In this document: positions 1 through 8,882 of the stretch, piece after piece | Layout of the letters: each line of letters begins with the position of its first letter | Position numbering within the stretch: position 1 is the stretch's first letter | Assembly (NCBI GenBank): GCA_035553475.1 | Contig: DATNDQ010000014.1 | Location: 7,350 to 71,349 of the forward strand | Direction of reading: 5' to 3' | Source: Gemmatimonadales bacterium | GTDB lineage: Bacteria > Gemmatimonadota > Gemmatimonadetes > Gemmatimonadales > GWC2-71-9 | DNA: 64,000 nt | Notes under the pieces: model-generated | Told to the model about the DNA's origin: nothing | The model's input: only the letters and a program-made list of their open reading frames with translations | Databases searched by the model: none | Program-made: the position numbers and the translations under genes

Positions 1-166
1 TCATGTATTCGCGGGGTGGCAACGGCAGGAAGGGGAATCGGCGGAACCAGTCGCGGGCGCGGAAACTCCACGCGAGGCGGAGGAGGTCCACGGCCAGCCG
101 GGGGGAGAGCACGGCTCGTGCGCTCAGGCGGAGATAGAACGCGGGCCAACTCGCGGGAGCCTGCAT
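1..166 (-). CDS. hypothetical protein, N-terminal part only (gene continues past the left edge)
   Basis: Not in the ORF track because there is no stop in the window. A reverse-strand ATG at 166..164 opens a frame that stays open to position 2: MQAPASWPAFYLRLSARAVLSPRLAVDLLRLAWSFRARDWFRRFPFLPLPPREYM. Third positions are GC-rich like the neighbouring genes. No family recognised. Confidence 0.35.
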   Translation of the reverse strand, partial: MQAPASWPAFYLRLSARAVLSPRLAVDLLRLAWSFRARDWFRRFPFLPLPPREYM

Positions 167-189
167 GCGCCTCGTATATTTGCCGGTCT

Positions 190-1371
190 ATGACGCTCGC
201 CAGCGGTCGCGCCGCGCGGCCCGACCCCTCGCTCAACCCGTCCCTGGCGCGCTACCGCAGTGAATTTCCGGTCTTCGCGGATACCATCTACCTGAATACC
301 TGCTCACTCGGCGCGCTGGGATCTCGTTCCCGGCGGAAAGTTACCGAATTCCTGGACGGCTGGGAAAAACGTGGAGCATCCGCCTGGTACGACGTGTGGT
401 GGGAGGCCCTCCAGGAGCTCCGCACCCGGTACGCCCGCCTGATCGGTGCGCAGGGGAGCGAAATCGCGCTCGCTCCCAACATCTCCACGGCGGTGGGCAC
501 CGTCGCTTCGGCCCTCGACTACCGGGCCCGCCCCAAGGTCGTCGTCACCTCCCTCGACTTCCCGACCGTGGCGTACCAGTGGCTGGCCCGGCGTCCTGAG
601 GGCGTCGAGGTGGTGGTGGTGGAGAGCCCCGATGGCGTGACGGTCCCGGTGGAAGCGCTCGCCCGGGCCATCGATGCACGGACCGCGCTCGTCGCCACCT
701 CCCACGTGTTCTTCACCACCGGTGCCATCCAGGACATCCGCGCGGTTGCGCAGGCGGCGCACGCTCAGGGGGCAGTCTGCCTGATCGACGCGTATCACTC
801 CGTCGGGCAGCTCCCGGTCGACGTCCGTGACGCCGACGTTGATTTCCTCGTCGCGGGAGGATTGAAGTGGCTCCTCGGCGGACCGGGCGTCGTCTTCCTC
901 TATGTACGCGACGCCCTGGCCCGGTCACTTGAGCCCACCCTCGCCGGCTGGTTCGGCCACCGGGACCAGTTCGCCTTCGACCCCCGGGGGCTCGCCCGCC
1001 ACGACGATGCCCGGCGCTTCGAACTGGGCACACCCGCGCTCGCCGCCGTGCACGCTCAGCTCGGCGGACTCGAGTACATCGAGGAGATCGGTGTGCCGGC
1101 CATTCGACAGGCGTCGATGGGGCTGGCCGAAGACCTCATCGCCCGCGCTCGAGACCGGGGCTGGAAACCACGGGTGGCGGCGTCAGTCGCCGACCGGTCC
1201 GCCATCGTCATGCTTCCCATGTCCGACCCTCACGCGGCGGTCCGTCATCTGGCGCAGGCGCACATCATCGCCGACGCCAGGCCCGGCCACGTCCGCCTCT
1301 CACCCTTCTTCTATAACGTGCAGGAAGACCATGTCGCAGCTATCGAGCAACTCGCCCAAATCGACCACTGA
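190..1371 (+). CDS. class V aminotransferase-fold PLP-dependent enzyme (cysteine desulfurase / kynureninase-like)
   Basis: ORF 16..1371. The first 58 codons are an Arg/Gly-rich shadow; the first plausible ATG is at 190 (MTLASGRAARP). Family-typical motifs: IYLNTCSLGAL, HVFFTTGAIQDI, LIDAYHSVGQLPVDV, AGGLKWLLGGPG (PLP-lysine context). Confidence 0.8.
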   Translation: MTLASGRAARPDPSLNPSLARYRSEFPVFADTIYLNTCSLGALGSRSRRKVTEFLDGWEKRGASAWYDVWWEALQELRTRYARLIGAQGSEIALAPNISTAVGTVASALDYRARPKVVVTSLDFPTVAYQWLARRPEGVEVVVVESPDGVTVPVEALARAIDARTALVATSHVFFTTGAIQDIRAVAQAAHAQGAVCLIDAYHSVGQLPVDVRDADVDFLVAGGLKWLLGGPGVVFLYVRDALARSLEPTLAGWFGHRDQFAFDPRGLARHDDARRFELGTPALAAVHAQLGGLEYIEEIGVPAIRQASMGLAEDLIARARDRGWKPRVAASVADRSAIVMLPMSDPHAAVRHLAQAHIIADARPGHVRLSPFFYNVQEDHVAAIEQLAQIDH

Positions 1372-2077
1372 GGACGAACGTCTCCTCGCGTCGCCCACCG
1401 TCAACGAGCGGCGGTCCTTCACCCACTCGGACCCCTGGCGGGTGCTCCGGATCATGGGAGAGTTCGTCGAGGGGTTCGACACCCTGCACGACGTCCGCAA
1501 CGCCGTCACGATCTTCGGTTCAGCCCGCACGAAGAACGACGACAAGGTGTACGAGCAGGCAATCACGACCGCCAAGCTGCTCGCCAAGGAGGGCTTCCCG
1601 GTAATCACCGGGGGCGGCCCCGGGATCATGGAGGCCGCGAATCGCGGGGCGCAGGAGGGGAATGGACTCTCCATCGGCTGCAACATCGAGCTGCCCTTCG
1701 AACAGCACATCAACCCGTACGTGGAGCGTTCGATCAACTTCCGGTACTTTTTCGTCCGGAAGACGATGTTCGTGAAATACTCGACCGCTTTCGTAGTTTT
1801 CCCGGGCGGGTTCGGCACCCTGGATGAGATGTTCGAGGCCCTCACGCTCATTCAGACCGGCAAGGTCAAGCACTTCCCGGTCGTCCTGATGGGGACGAAG
1901 TACTGGGGCGGCCTGGTCGATTGGCTGCGCGACCGCGTGGCAGCCGAAGGCAAGATCGCCACCGAAGACCTGAACCTGATTCATCTGACCGACGATCCGG
2001 CGGACGCCGTCCACTGGATCACCCAGGCCCGTGAGCGCCGTACCGCGGCGCACGCGGCTTCCACCCACAACCCCTAG
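1331..2077 (+). CDS. LOG family / TIGR00730 Rossmann-fold nucleotide-binding protein
   Basis: ORF 902..2077 with the start taken at ATG 1331 ([10 protein letters not shown]), overlapping the upstream gene by 41 nt. Signature motifs: [27 protein letters not shown]. Confidence 0.85.
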   Translation: MSQLSSNSPKSTTEDERLLASPTVNERRSFTHSDPWRVLRIMGEFVEGFDTLHDVRNAVTIFGSARTKNDDKVYEQAITTAKLLAKEGFPVITGGGPGIMEAANRGAQEGNGLSIGCNIELPFEQHINPYVERSINFRYFFVRKTMFVKYSTAFVVFPGGFGTLDEMFEALTLIQTGKVKHFPVVLMGTKYWGGLVDWLRDRVAAEGKIATEDLNLIHLTDDPADAVHWITQARERRTAAHAASTHNP

Positions 2078-2087
2078 CCAAAAACCG

Positions 2088-3221
2088 ATGACTCGATCCC
2101 AGTATCTCCGTGGCCAGCGCATCGATCCCGCCCCGATCTCCGGCAAGGAGACCGTCGCGGAGCTGATCGACAGCGCCTTCCTCGCCTACAACGCGGGCCG
2201 GATGCGCGAAGGCTGCCGCCTCTTCGTCGAGCGGATGCTCGCCCCCGACTGCACCGTCGGCATGAGCCTCACCGGCGCGATGACGCCCGCGGGACTCGGC
2301 ATGTCGACCATCATTCCGTTGATCGAAGCCGGGTTCATCGACTGGATCGTCTCCACCGGCGCGAATCTGTACCACGACTCGCACTTCGGCCTGGGTCTCG
2401 CGATGCACCAGGGCACGCCGTTCGCTGACGACGTCGTGCTCCGCGAAGAGGGTGTGGTCCGCATCTACGACATCTTCTTCGACTATGAAGTCCTGCTATC
2501 CACCGACGCCTACATCCGCGAGGTCAGCGCCGGCCCGGAGTTCCAGCGCTCGATGAGCACCGCCGAGTACCACTACCTCCTGGGGGGATACATCCTGGAG
2601 CGGGAAAAGAAGCTCGGCATTTCGCGGAAGTCGGTCCTCGGCGTCGCCCACCAGTGCGGCGTGCCGATTTACACCTCGAGCCCGGGCGACTCTTCGATCG
2701 GCATGAACGTCGCCGAGCAGGCCCTCGCGGGGTCGAAGCTCCGGTACGATGTGAGCGCGGACGTGAATGAGACGGCGGCCATCGTGTATGCCGCGAAGCA
2801 CGGGGACGGCACCTCCGGCGTGCTGATCGCCGGCGGCGGGAGTCCCAAGAACTTCGTCCTCCAGACGGAGCCGCAGATTCAGGAAGTCCTGGGAATCAGC
2901 GAAAAGGGGCACGACTACTTCCTGCAGCTCACCGACGCACGCCCCGACACGGGCGGACTCTCCGGCGCGACGCCCGCCGAGGCGGTCAGCTGGGGCAAGA
3001 TCGACCCCGACAAGCTCCCGGGCACCGTCGTGTGCTACACGGACAACACGGTGGCCCTGCCGCTCCTCGCGTCCTACGCCCTCGCCAAGCGGCAACCTCG
3101 ACCCTTGAAGCGGCTCTATGACCGCCGCGCGGCCATGATGGCGGACCTGATGAAGGCCTACGAAAAAGCCCGGAAGTCGCGCGACGCCCGGGCGGAGGCC
3201 GCCACTGGCGGACGCGCGTAA
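2088..3221 (+). CDS. deoxyhypusine synthase family protein (bacterial DHS/homospermidine-synthase-like)
   Basis: ATG 2088 ([12 protein letters not shown]) inside ORF 2031..3221. Motifs [33 protein letters not shown] match the DHS family. Confidence 0.85.
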   Translation: MTRSQYLRGQRIDPAPISGKETVAELIDSAFLAYNAGRMREGCRLFVERMLAPDCTVGMSLTGAMTPAGLGMSTIIPLIEAGFIDWIVSTGANLYHDSHFGLGLAMHQGTPFADDVVLREEGVVRIYDIFFDYEVLLSTDAYIREVSAGPEFQRSMSTAEYHYLLGGYILEREKKLGISRKSVLGVAHQCGVPIYTSSPGDSSIGMNVAEQALAGSKLRYDVSADVNETAAIVYAAKHGDGTSGVLIAGGGSPKNFVLQTEPQIQEVLGISEKGHDYFLQLTDARPDTGGLSGATPAEAVSWGKIDPDKLPGTVVCYTDNTVALPLLASYALAKRQPRPLKRLYDRRAAMMADLMKAYEKARKSRDARAEAATGGRA

Positions 3222-3240
3222 AAGCGGTTCGTCGGCGGTC

Positions 3241-4713
3241 GTGGGCTCCAGGACGTACGCGGCGTACGTCCTGGGCATCCTCACGCTGATCAATCTCCTC
3301 AACTACCTCGACCGCAACGTCGTCTTCGCCGTCTTCGAGCCGGTCAAGCACGAGCTCCACGTCACCGACCAGCAGCTCGGCTGGCTCGGCTCGGCCTACA
3401 TCATCCTCCTCTCCCTCTGCTCCATTCCTCTGGGCGTGCTAGGTGATCTCAAGTCCCGGCGGGTCGTCATCGCCTGGAGCCTCGGGTTCTGGAGCCTGGT
3501 CACGTCCGCTGCGGGGTTCGTACGCGGATTCGGACAGCTCGTGTTTTTCCGGTCTCTCGCGGGTGTGGGTGAAGCGGGTTACTCGCCGGCCTCTCAGGCG
3601 ATCATCGCAGACTACTACAAGGGCCGGGCCCGGGCGTTCGCCATGGGGATCTACTCGGTGGGCACCGCGGTCGGAGGAATCCTCGGCATCTGGCTCGGCG
3701 GCGTCATCGCGGCGCGATATGGATGGCGCTGGGCGTTCATCCCGATGGGAATTCCCGGCCTGATGCTCGCCGCCTCCGCCGCCCGGATCCGCGAAGTGGA
3801 CGAACGCGCGGCGACACCGGTGCGCGCCCTCCTCGTGAAGTGGTACCGCACCGGCATTCGTCACGTCGTGCGCTACGTCGTCCCGGTCGCGATGCTTTCC
3901 GCCCTGGGCGCGATCACGGCCGCCGTGCTCGATCTCACCTTCGACCTTTCCTTCGACCGGTCCATGGCGGTCTTCGGTGTGTTCGTGGCGGCGGGGTTGG
4001 CGTGGACGGTCGCGCGCCTCGTGCCCGTGGCGGTCCGCCGCACCGCCGGTGCGGGGGATGTGGCGGCGTCCGCGTTCGAGGAGTTTCTCGAAGCCGCCAC
4101 TGTCGTGCTCCGGACTCCGACCTTGATCTGGGTGTTCGTCGGCGGCGCGATGGTGACGTTCGCGGTGAACGGGTTGATCGCGTGGGCGGCGACGTTCATG
4201 GCCCGGGTGCACAACATGTCGGTGCCCGACTTCAGTGCCCGGTTCGGCGTGTGGGCGCTGGCGGGCGGCATTTCGGGCGTGCTGGCCGGCGGCAAGATCG
4301 GCGACTGGTTGCAGATCCGGTGGCCGGGGGGCCGCGTGGTGGCTTCGGGGGCCGGATTCATTCTGGGTGGACCCCTCGTGGCCTGGCTCGTGTTTTCCGG
4401 CAGTCTCCGGGGCTTCGCGCCGCTCCTCTTCGGCATTTACTTCTTCTATACCTGGTATAACGGGCCCCTCGCGGCCGTGATCTTCGACGTCGTGCCCGCC
4501 GCCGTGCGGGCCTCGGTCACCGGCGGGTTCGTGCTCTTCTCCCATTTGGCCGGAGACGCCCTCGCGCCGCCGCTGGTGGGATACCTGTCCGACAAGACCC
4601 ACAGCATTCAGACGGCGATGCTGATCCTTCCGGTCGCCGGTGTGGTAGGGGGATTCGTGATTCTGGTGGCGCTCAAGACCGTAGCGAACGATATGCAGCG
4701 GGTGAAGCGATGA
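3241..4713 (+). CDS. MFS transporter (Spinster-like)
   Basis: ORF 3241..4713 with a GTG start. About 12 hydrophobic segments. N-terminal LNYLDRNV and a GDLKSRR loop motif typical of MFS. Confidence 0.85.
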   Translation: MGSRTYAAYVLGILTLINLLNYLDRNVVFAVFEPVKHELHVTDQQLGWLGSAYIILLSLCSIPLGVLGDLKSRRVVIAWSLGFWSLVTSAAGFVRGFGQLVFFRSLAGVGEAGYSPASQAIIADYYKGRARAFAMGIYSVGTAVGGILGIWLGGVIAARYGWRWAFIPMGIPGLMLAASAARIREVDERAATPVRALLVKWYRTGIRHVVRYVVPVAMLSALGAITAAVLDLTFDLSFDRSMAVFGVFVAAGLAWTVARLVPVAVRRTAGAGDVAASAFEEFLEAATVVLRTPTLIWVFVGGAMVTFAVNGLIAWAATFMARVHNMSVPDFSARFGVWALAGGISGVLAGGKIGDWLQIRWPGGRVVASGAGFILGGPLVAWLVFSGSLRGFAPLLFGIYFFYTWYNGPLAAVIFDVVPAAVRASVTGGFVLFSHLAGDALAPPLVGYLSDKTHSIQTAMLILPVAGVVGGFVILVALKTVANDMQRVKR

Positions 4714-5702
4714 GCCGACGGCAAACGCCACGGCCCGAGCTGCGCTGCACCCGGTGCCGCGCCGAGCTCGAGCACTTCTGGTCCTTCTGCCCCAATTGCG
4801 CCAAAACACTGGTCTGGGGTGACACACAGCGCGAGACCGGCGCGGAGTGCGCGTATTGCCGCTGGATGGTGTCGGACACGTTCTCGTTCTGTCCCTGGTG
4901 CGGCCGGAACATCCACGACCGGCAATCGTCGCTCGAGCCGCTCAAGGCACCGAAGGGCTTCAAGTATCACGCGCGCTGCGACTGGGGATGCGGGGGCGGC
5001 GTGATGTACCCCATGCAGTGGTGCCCGTGGTGCGGACGCGAGCAGATCTGGCGCTACACGCACTTTCAGAACATCTGTCCGCACTGCGACAAGGGCGTCG
5101 ACGACTGGATGGACACGTGTCCCTGGTGTGGAGAGGACGCGACCGGCCGGATCCTCATTCCCCGTGCCCTCACGCGCGCGCGCCGGCTCCTGATCGTCAG
5201 CCGGATCATGGATTGGAACTACCGGATCCTGCTCAGGCCCGGCGTCTCGGGTGTCGATCCGGACGCGCCGAAGGTGATCGAGATCGACCGTCGCTACGTC
5301 ACGGCCAAGAGGCATCGCGACGAGATCAGCTGGAACATGCTCACCGGGCTCATTCTGCATGAGCTGGGGCACTCGTTCCTCTATCATCACTGGTCCTGGA
5401 CGACCACGGGGCGGTTCCGGCGGGCCTTCGGGGAAGTGCGGAAGGCGTATCGAGTGGCGGACGAGCACTGGGTGGACTTCGAGCGGCGGAAGATCGCGAC
5501 CACCCTGCCGGACTACGTCAGCGTCTACGCGGCGACGCACCCGCAGGAGGACTTCGCCGAAACCTTCAGGTTTTACGTGGCCCGGCGGGGCAAGCTCCGG
5601 GAACTCTTCGGGGAGTTCGGACGGAAACGCAAAGGCGTGCAACTCTTCGAGAAATTCCTGGTCCTGCACGACTACGTGAGGGGCCTGCGTGGCTGGCGCT
5701 GA
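4710..5702 (+). CDS. multi-zinc-ribbon protein with C-terminal putative zinc metallopeptidase domain (HExxH)
   Basis: ATG 4710 overlaps the MFS stop (ATGA). Four CxxC...CPxC units (CTRC..CPNC, CAYC..CPWC, C..C..CPWC, CPHC..CPWC). These are followed by HELGH and THPQEDFAETF, as in the putative zinc-binding metallopeptidase family. Confidence 0.7.
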   Translation: MSRRQTPRPELRCTRCRAELEHFWSFCPNCAKTLVWGDTQRETGAECAYCRWMVSDTFSFCPWCGRNIHDRQSSLEPLKAPKGFKYHARCDWGCGGGVMYPMQWCPWCGREQIWRYTHFQNICPHCDKGVDDWMDTCPWCGEDATGRILIPRALTRARRLLIVSRIMDWNYRILLRPGVSGVDPDAPKVIEIDRRYVTAKRHRDEISWNMLTGLILHELGHSFLYHHWSWTTTGRFRRAFGEVRKAYRVADEHWVDFERRKIATTLPDYVSVYAATHPQEDFAETFRFYVARRGKLRELFGEFGRKRKGVQLFEKFLVLHDYVRGLRGWR

Positions 5703-5729
5703 ACCCCCGACGCGTAAGCATCGGCGGGT

Positions 5730-5760
5730 CCCCGGGGCCACGCCCCGGGGTTTATCTTTC
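5730..5760 (+). terminator. rho-independent terminator after the zinc-ribbon peptidase gene
   Basis: CCCCGGGGC-cac-GCCCCGGGG is a perfect 9-bp stem, followed by TTTATCTTTCT. Confidence 0.6.
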
Positions 5761-5782
5761 TCCCCGTCTCTTCAACCCGGAA

Positions 5783-6529
5783 ATGCAACGGATGCGAGTT
5801 CTGACTCCCGTCCTGGCCTGCCTCCTGGCGGCCAGGCCCCTGAGTGCACAAACGCCCGACAGCGTCAAGGCGAAGGCGGACACGACCAAGTTGTCGTTCG
5901 GCCTCGGCCTGGTGACGACGGGCGGGAACACGAGCGTCACGACCTTCAACTTCGGCAACAACTTCTCGTACATCTCACATCCGTGGGTGTTCTCGGAAGC
6001 GGCGTCCATGATTTATGGGTCGACGCACGATACCGTCAACAACGACCAGTATCACCTGCTCCTCCGCGTGGACCACGGCGTGCACGACGGAGTGTCCGCC
6101 TACGTCTTCGGAACGTTCGATCGTGACCGTTTCGCCGGCTTCGCGTCGCGCTATCAGGAGGCGGCCGGTTTCGCGTGGAAGGCCGTCGAGCAGCCGATGG
6201 ATCTGGTGACGCTCGAGGCCGGCGCGCAGGAGACGCAGCAGCGGGACCTGGGGACCGGGGGAACGACGTCGTTCACGGCGGCACGCGCGGCAGTGACGTA
6301 CAAGCATGGTTTCAACAAGACCGCGTACGCCCAGGAAGCCGCGGAAGTGCTGCCCGATCTGCAGCACAGCAAGAACCTCCGGATCAATTCGGCCACCGAC
6401 CTCGTCGCACCCCTGTCGACGGTGTTCTCGATCAAGGTCGGGTACGTAATCCGGTTCGACAATTTGCCCCCTCCGGGGTTCAAGAAGACGGATAGGATCC
6501 TCACGACTGGGATCCAGATCACGCTATAA
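5783..6529 (+). CDS. DUF481-family outer-membrane beta-barrel protein (YdiY-like)
   Basis: Signal peptide MQRMRVLTPVLACLLAARPLSAQ. Alternating beta-strand pattern. GGNTSV near the N-terminus, and a C-terminal KVGYVIRFDNLPPPGFKKTDRILTTGIQITL tail like the YdiY family. Confidence 0.7.
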   Translation: MQRMRVLTPVLACLLAARPLSAQTPDSVKAKADTTKLSFGLGLVTTGGNTSVTTFNFGNNFSYISHPWVFSEAASMIYGSTHDTVNNDQYHLLLRVDHGVHDGVSAYVFGTFDRDRFAGFASRYQEAAGFAWKAVEQPMDLVTLEAGAQETQQRDLGTGGTTSFTAARAAVTYKHGFNKTAYAQEAAEVLPDLQHSKNLRINSATDLVAPLSTVFSIKVGYVIRFDNLPPPGFKKTDRILTTGIQITL

Positions 6530-6539
6530 GGAGGCGCGT

Positions 6540-7274
6540 ATGGCTAACCCGGTATTGAATTCGAAGACGTTCTCCGGCTCGAGAGTCATGTCGGGCGAGG
6601 AGACCATGAGCATCGAGGGCACCGTCAACAAGACGGGACTCCTGCTGCTCATCTGTCTCGCCACGGCAAGCTGGGTCTGGGCCCAGACGTACCATGCGAT
6701 TGACCCCTCTGTGGCGCGTCCCTGGATGTTCGGCGGCGCCATCGGCGGACTGGTCGTCGCGTTCGCAACGGCCTTCCGCCCGCAATGGTCCCCGATCAGC
6801 GCGCCGCTCTACGCTGCCCTCGAGGGATTGGCCCTGGGTGGCGTGTCCGCGATCTACGCCACGGCAGTTCCGGGTATTCTGGTGCAGGCGGTCTGCCTCA
6901 CGTTCGGCACGCTCTTCGTCATGCTGATCGCGTATCGCTCCGGCGTGATTCGCGCGACCCCGAGATTCAGGAAAGTGATGGGCATCGCGATGGGTGCCAT
7001 CCTCCTCTACTATCTCGCGACCATGGTGATGGGGCTGTTCGGGCTGGATACGAGCTTTTTCAACGCCGGCGGCACCCTGGGCATCCTCGTCAGCGTCGTC
7101 ATCGTGGCGATTGCGGCGCTTCGGATGGTGCTCGATTTCGACATGATCGCACAGGGCGCCGCCCAAGGCGCCCCAAAGGCCATGGAGTGGTATGGGGCCT
7201 TTGCCCTGGTGGTGGGCCTTATCTGGCTCTACTTGGAGATCCTGAACCTCCTGGCCAAGACCAGCCGCCGGTAA
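6540..7274 (+). CDS. Bax inhibitor-1/YccA-like membrane protein (BaxI_1 type)
   Basis: The N-terminus MANPVLNSKTFSG is typical of the family, followed by about 6-7 hydrophobic helices. Confidence 0.7.
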   Translation: MANPVLNSKTFSGSRVMSGEETMSIEGTVNKTGLLLLICLATASWVWAQTYHAIDPSVARPWMFGGAIGGLVVAFATAFRPQWSPISAPLYAALEGLALGGVSAIYATAVPGILVQAVCLTFGTLFVMLIAYRSGVIRATPRFRKVMGIAMGAILLYYLATMVMGLFGLDTSFFNAGGTLGILVSVVIVAIAALRMVLDFDMIAQGAAQGAPKAMEWYGAFALVVGLIWLYLEILNLLAKTSRR

Positions 7275-7306
7275 CCTGCAACCTTCGGCACAGCTCCAGG
7301 CATCCA

Positions 7307-7339
7307 AAGCCCGGGACCCTCAACGGTCCCGGGCTTTTT
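7307..7339 (+). terminator. rho-independent terminator
   Basis: AAAGCCCGGGACC-ctcaac-GGTCCCGGGCTTTTT: an 11-bp GC stem followed by a T-run. Confidence 0.7.
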
Positions 7340-7358
7340 CATTCCACCTGAGGTCCTT

Positions 7359-8882
7359 ATGCCGATTGCGAATCGCCTTCGCCCCGCCGGCGCAGCGGTG
7401 GCCGTCCTGGCTCTCGCTCTGGTCTCCTGGGCAGCCGGCCGCGCGTCGGGTGCCGCCGCGCCACCCTCCACGGCCGCCGCCGACTCCGCGACTATCGCCC
7501 ATGTACTGGATCTCCTGCGCAATGCCGACACTACCGTCTGTGAGCTCGCGGCGCGTTCCCTCACCGAAGGGTGGGGCGGGTACGGTGCGCCGATCGGCAC
7601 GTCACTGACGCGATCGGTACTCCGCGCCGGACGCCGGTCCGAGCAGGCCGTGGTGAGTGCCTATCGCGCGGCTCTTCGCGATCCCAACACTTGCGTGCGT
7701 GACCTCGCCGCGCAGCAGGTTGCCGACGACGATTCAGCCAGTATCAGTCTCTTCACGTCTCTTTCGTCCGACCGCGACCCCGCGCTCCGCACCACCGGTG
7801 TGTTGGGGATCGGCATCATCGGCAGTGCGAAGTCCCTCGCCCTGCTCAAGAAAACCATCGGTGACGGAGACTCCCGCGTTCGCGCCATGAGCGCCTGGGC
7901 TCTGGGTCAGGTGGATGACGGCGATGCGGTTCCGGTGCTCGCCAATGCGCTGAAGGACGATTCCGCCGAGGTACGCCAGCTCGCGGCGCGCTCTCTCGGA
8001 TCCATCGGTGTCGTGAGCGCCCTGACACCCTTGCGCCGCGCCCTGCAGGACCCGGCGGCGCCGGTACGCCAGACCGCCGCATGGGCATTGGGTGAAATCG
8101 GCGAAAAGAGCGCGGTGCCAGCCCTGAGTGCGGCACTGAAAGACGTTGATCCCGACGTACGTGCGACGACGGTCTGGGCCCTCGGCCAGATTTCGGACTC
8201 CGCCTCGACCGCTCCGCTCGCGACCGTCCTGCAAGACGACGACCCGGAAGTGAGGCAGATGGCGGTGTGGGCGCTGGGACAAGTCGGCGACCGCAGCACG
8301 GTTCGTCCCTTGAGTCAGGCACTTAAGGATCGCGACGAAGACGTGCGGGGCATGGCGGCTTGGGCGCTGGGCCAGGTGGGTGACGAAGCCGCGGTGCCGG
8401 CCCTTACCGGTGCGCTGAAGGATCAGTCGTCAGACGTCCGCAGCACGTCGGCCTGGGCTCTCGGTCAGGTCGGCGAGTCGCAAGCGGTGCCCGGCCTGGT
8501 CGCGGCACTCAAGGATCCAGTGGCGGACGTGCAGTCCAGCGCGGCGTGGGCCCTGGGCCAGATCGGCAGCGCGCAGGCGATCGACGGGCTCAAGGATGCG
8601 CTCAAGGATGCAGACGCGGACGTCCAGGAGACGGCGGCGTGGGCGCTCGCGCAAATCGACGATGACCGGGCCGACGAAGCGGTGACCGCTTACTACAAGT
8701 CAGGCGGGCTGGAGGAGCGTCACGGACCCCACCCGCATCCTCACCCCCACCCGCACATGAGCTACCGCTTGATGAGCGGAATGCCGATGCCCATGCCGAT
8801 GCCCATGCCCATGCCGATGCCGAACATGGGCGGACGGATGCGGATGCATGTCCATCCGCACGTCCGGGTGCGGGTGAACTAG
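7359..8882 (+). CDS. secreted HEAT-repeat (PBS-lyase HEAT-like) protein with His-Pro / Met-Pro repeat tail
   Basis: Signal-like N-terminus (AVAVLALALVSWAAGRASG). About 10 tandem units of the ~31-aa type DxxVRxxAAWALGQ[IV]Gdxxa[VI]PaLxxALKD. The C-terminal 53 aa are HGPHPHPHPHPH...MPMPMPMPMPMPMP...HVHPHVRVRVN. Confidence 0.8.
   Translation: MPIANRLRPAGAAVAVLALALVSWAAGRASGAAAPPSTAAADSATIAHVLDLLRNADTTVCELAARSLTEGWGGYGAPIGTSLTRSVLRAGRRSEQAVVSAYRAALRDPNTCVRDLAAQQVADDDSASISLFTSLSSDRDPALRTTGVLGIGIIGSAKSLALLKKTIGDGDSRVRAMSAWALGQVDDGDAVPVLANALKDDSAEVRQLAARSLGSIGVVSALTPLRRALQDPAAPVRQTAAWALGEIGEKSAVPALSAALKDVDPDVRATTVWALGQISDSASTAPLATVLQDDDPEVRQMAVWALGQVGDRSTVRPLSQALKDRDEDVRGMAAWALGQVGDEAAVPALTGALKDQSSDVRSTSAWALGQVGESQAVPGLVAALKDPVADVQSSAAWALGQIGSAQAIDGLKDALKDADADVQETAAWALAQIDDDRADEAVTAYYKSGGLEERHGPHPHPHPHPHMSYRLMSGMPMPMPMPMPMPMPNMGGRMRMHVHPHVRVRVN

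Noticed and set aside
16-189. N-terminal extensions offered by the ORF track: 16..189, 902..1330, 10511..10750, 27942..28085, 35720..36055, 42163..42342, 55821..55949, 60029..60352.
   Set aside because: The extended parts are Arg/Gly/Pro-rich and overlap upstream genes or regulatory gaps. Internal starts give canonical N-termini (signal peptides, FAD fold, LON N-domain, helicase Q-motif region).
3439-4827. 462-aa minus-strand ORF antisense to the MFS transporter. Similar long antisense ORFs: 4608..5741 -, 11569..12711 -, 16561..17943 -, 20958..22172 -, 28098..30119 -, 36071..37450 -, 49484..50851 -, 54697..55734 -, 58014..59147 -.
   Set aside because: Their translations are Arg/Gly/Pro/His-rich low-complexity strings with no motifs. 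Each lies opposite a gene with clear family motifs. Such shadow ORFs are expected in GC-rich DNA because stop codons are rare.
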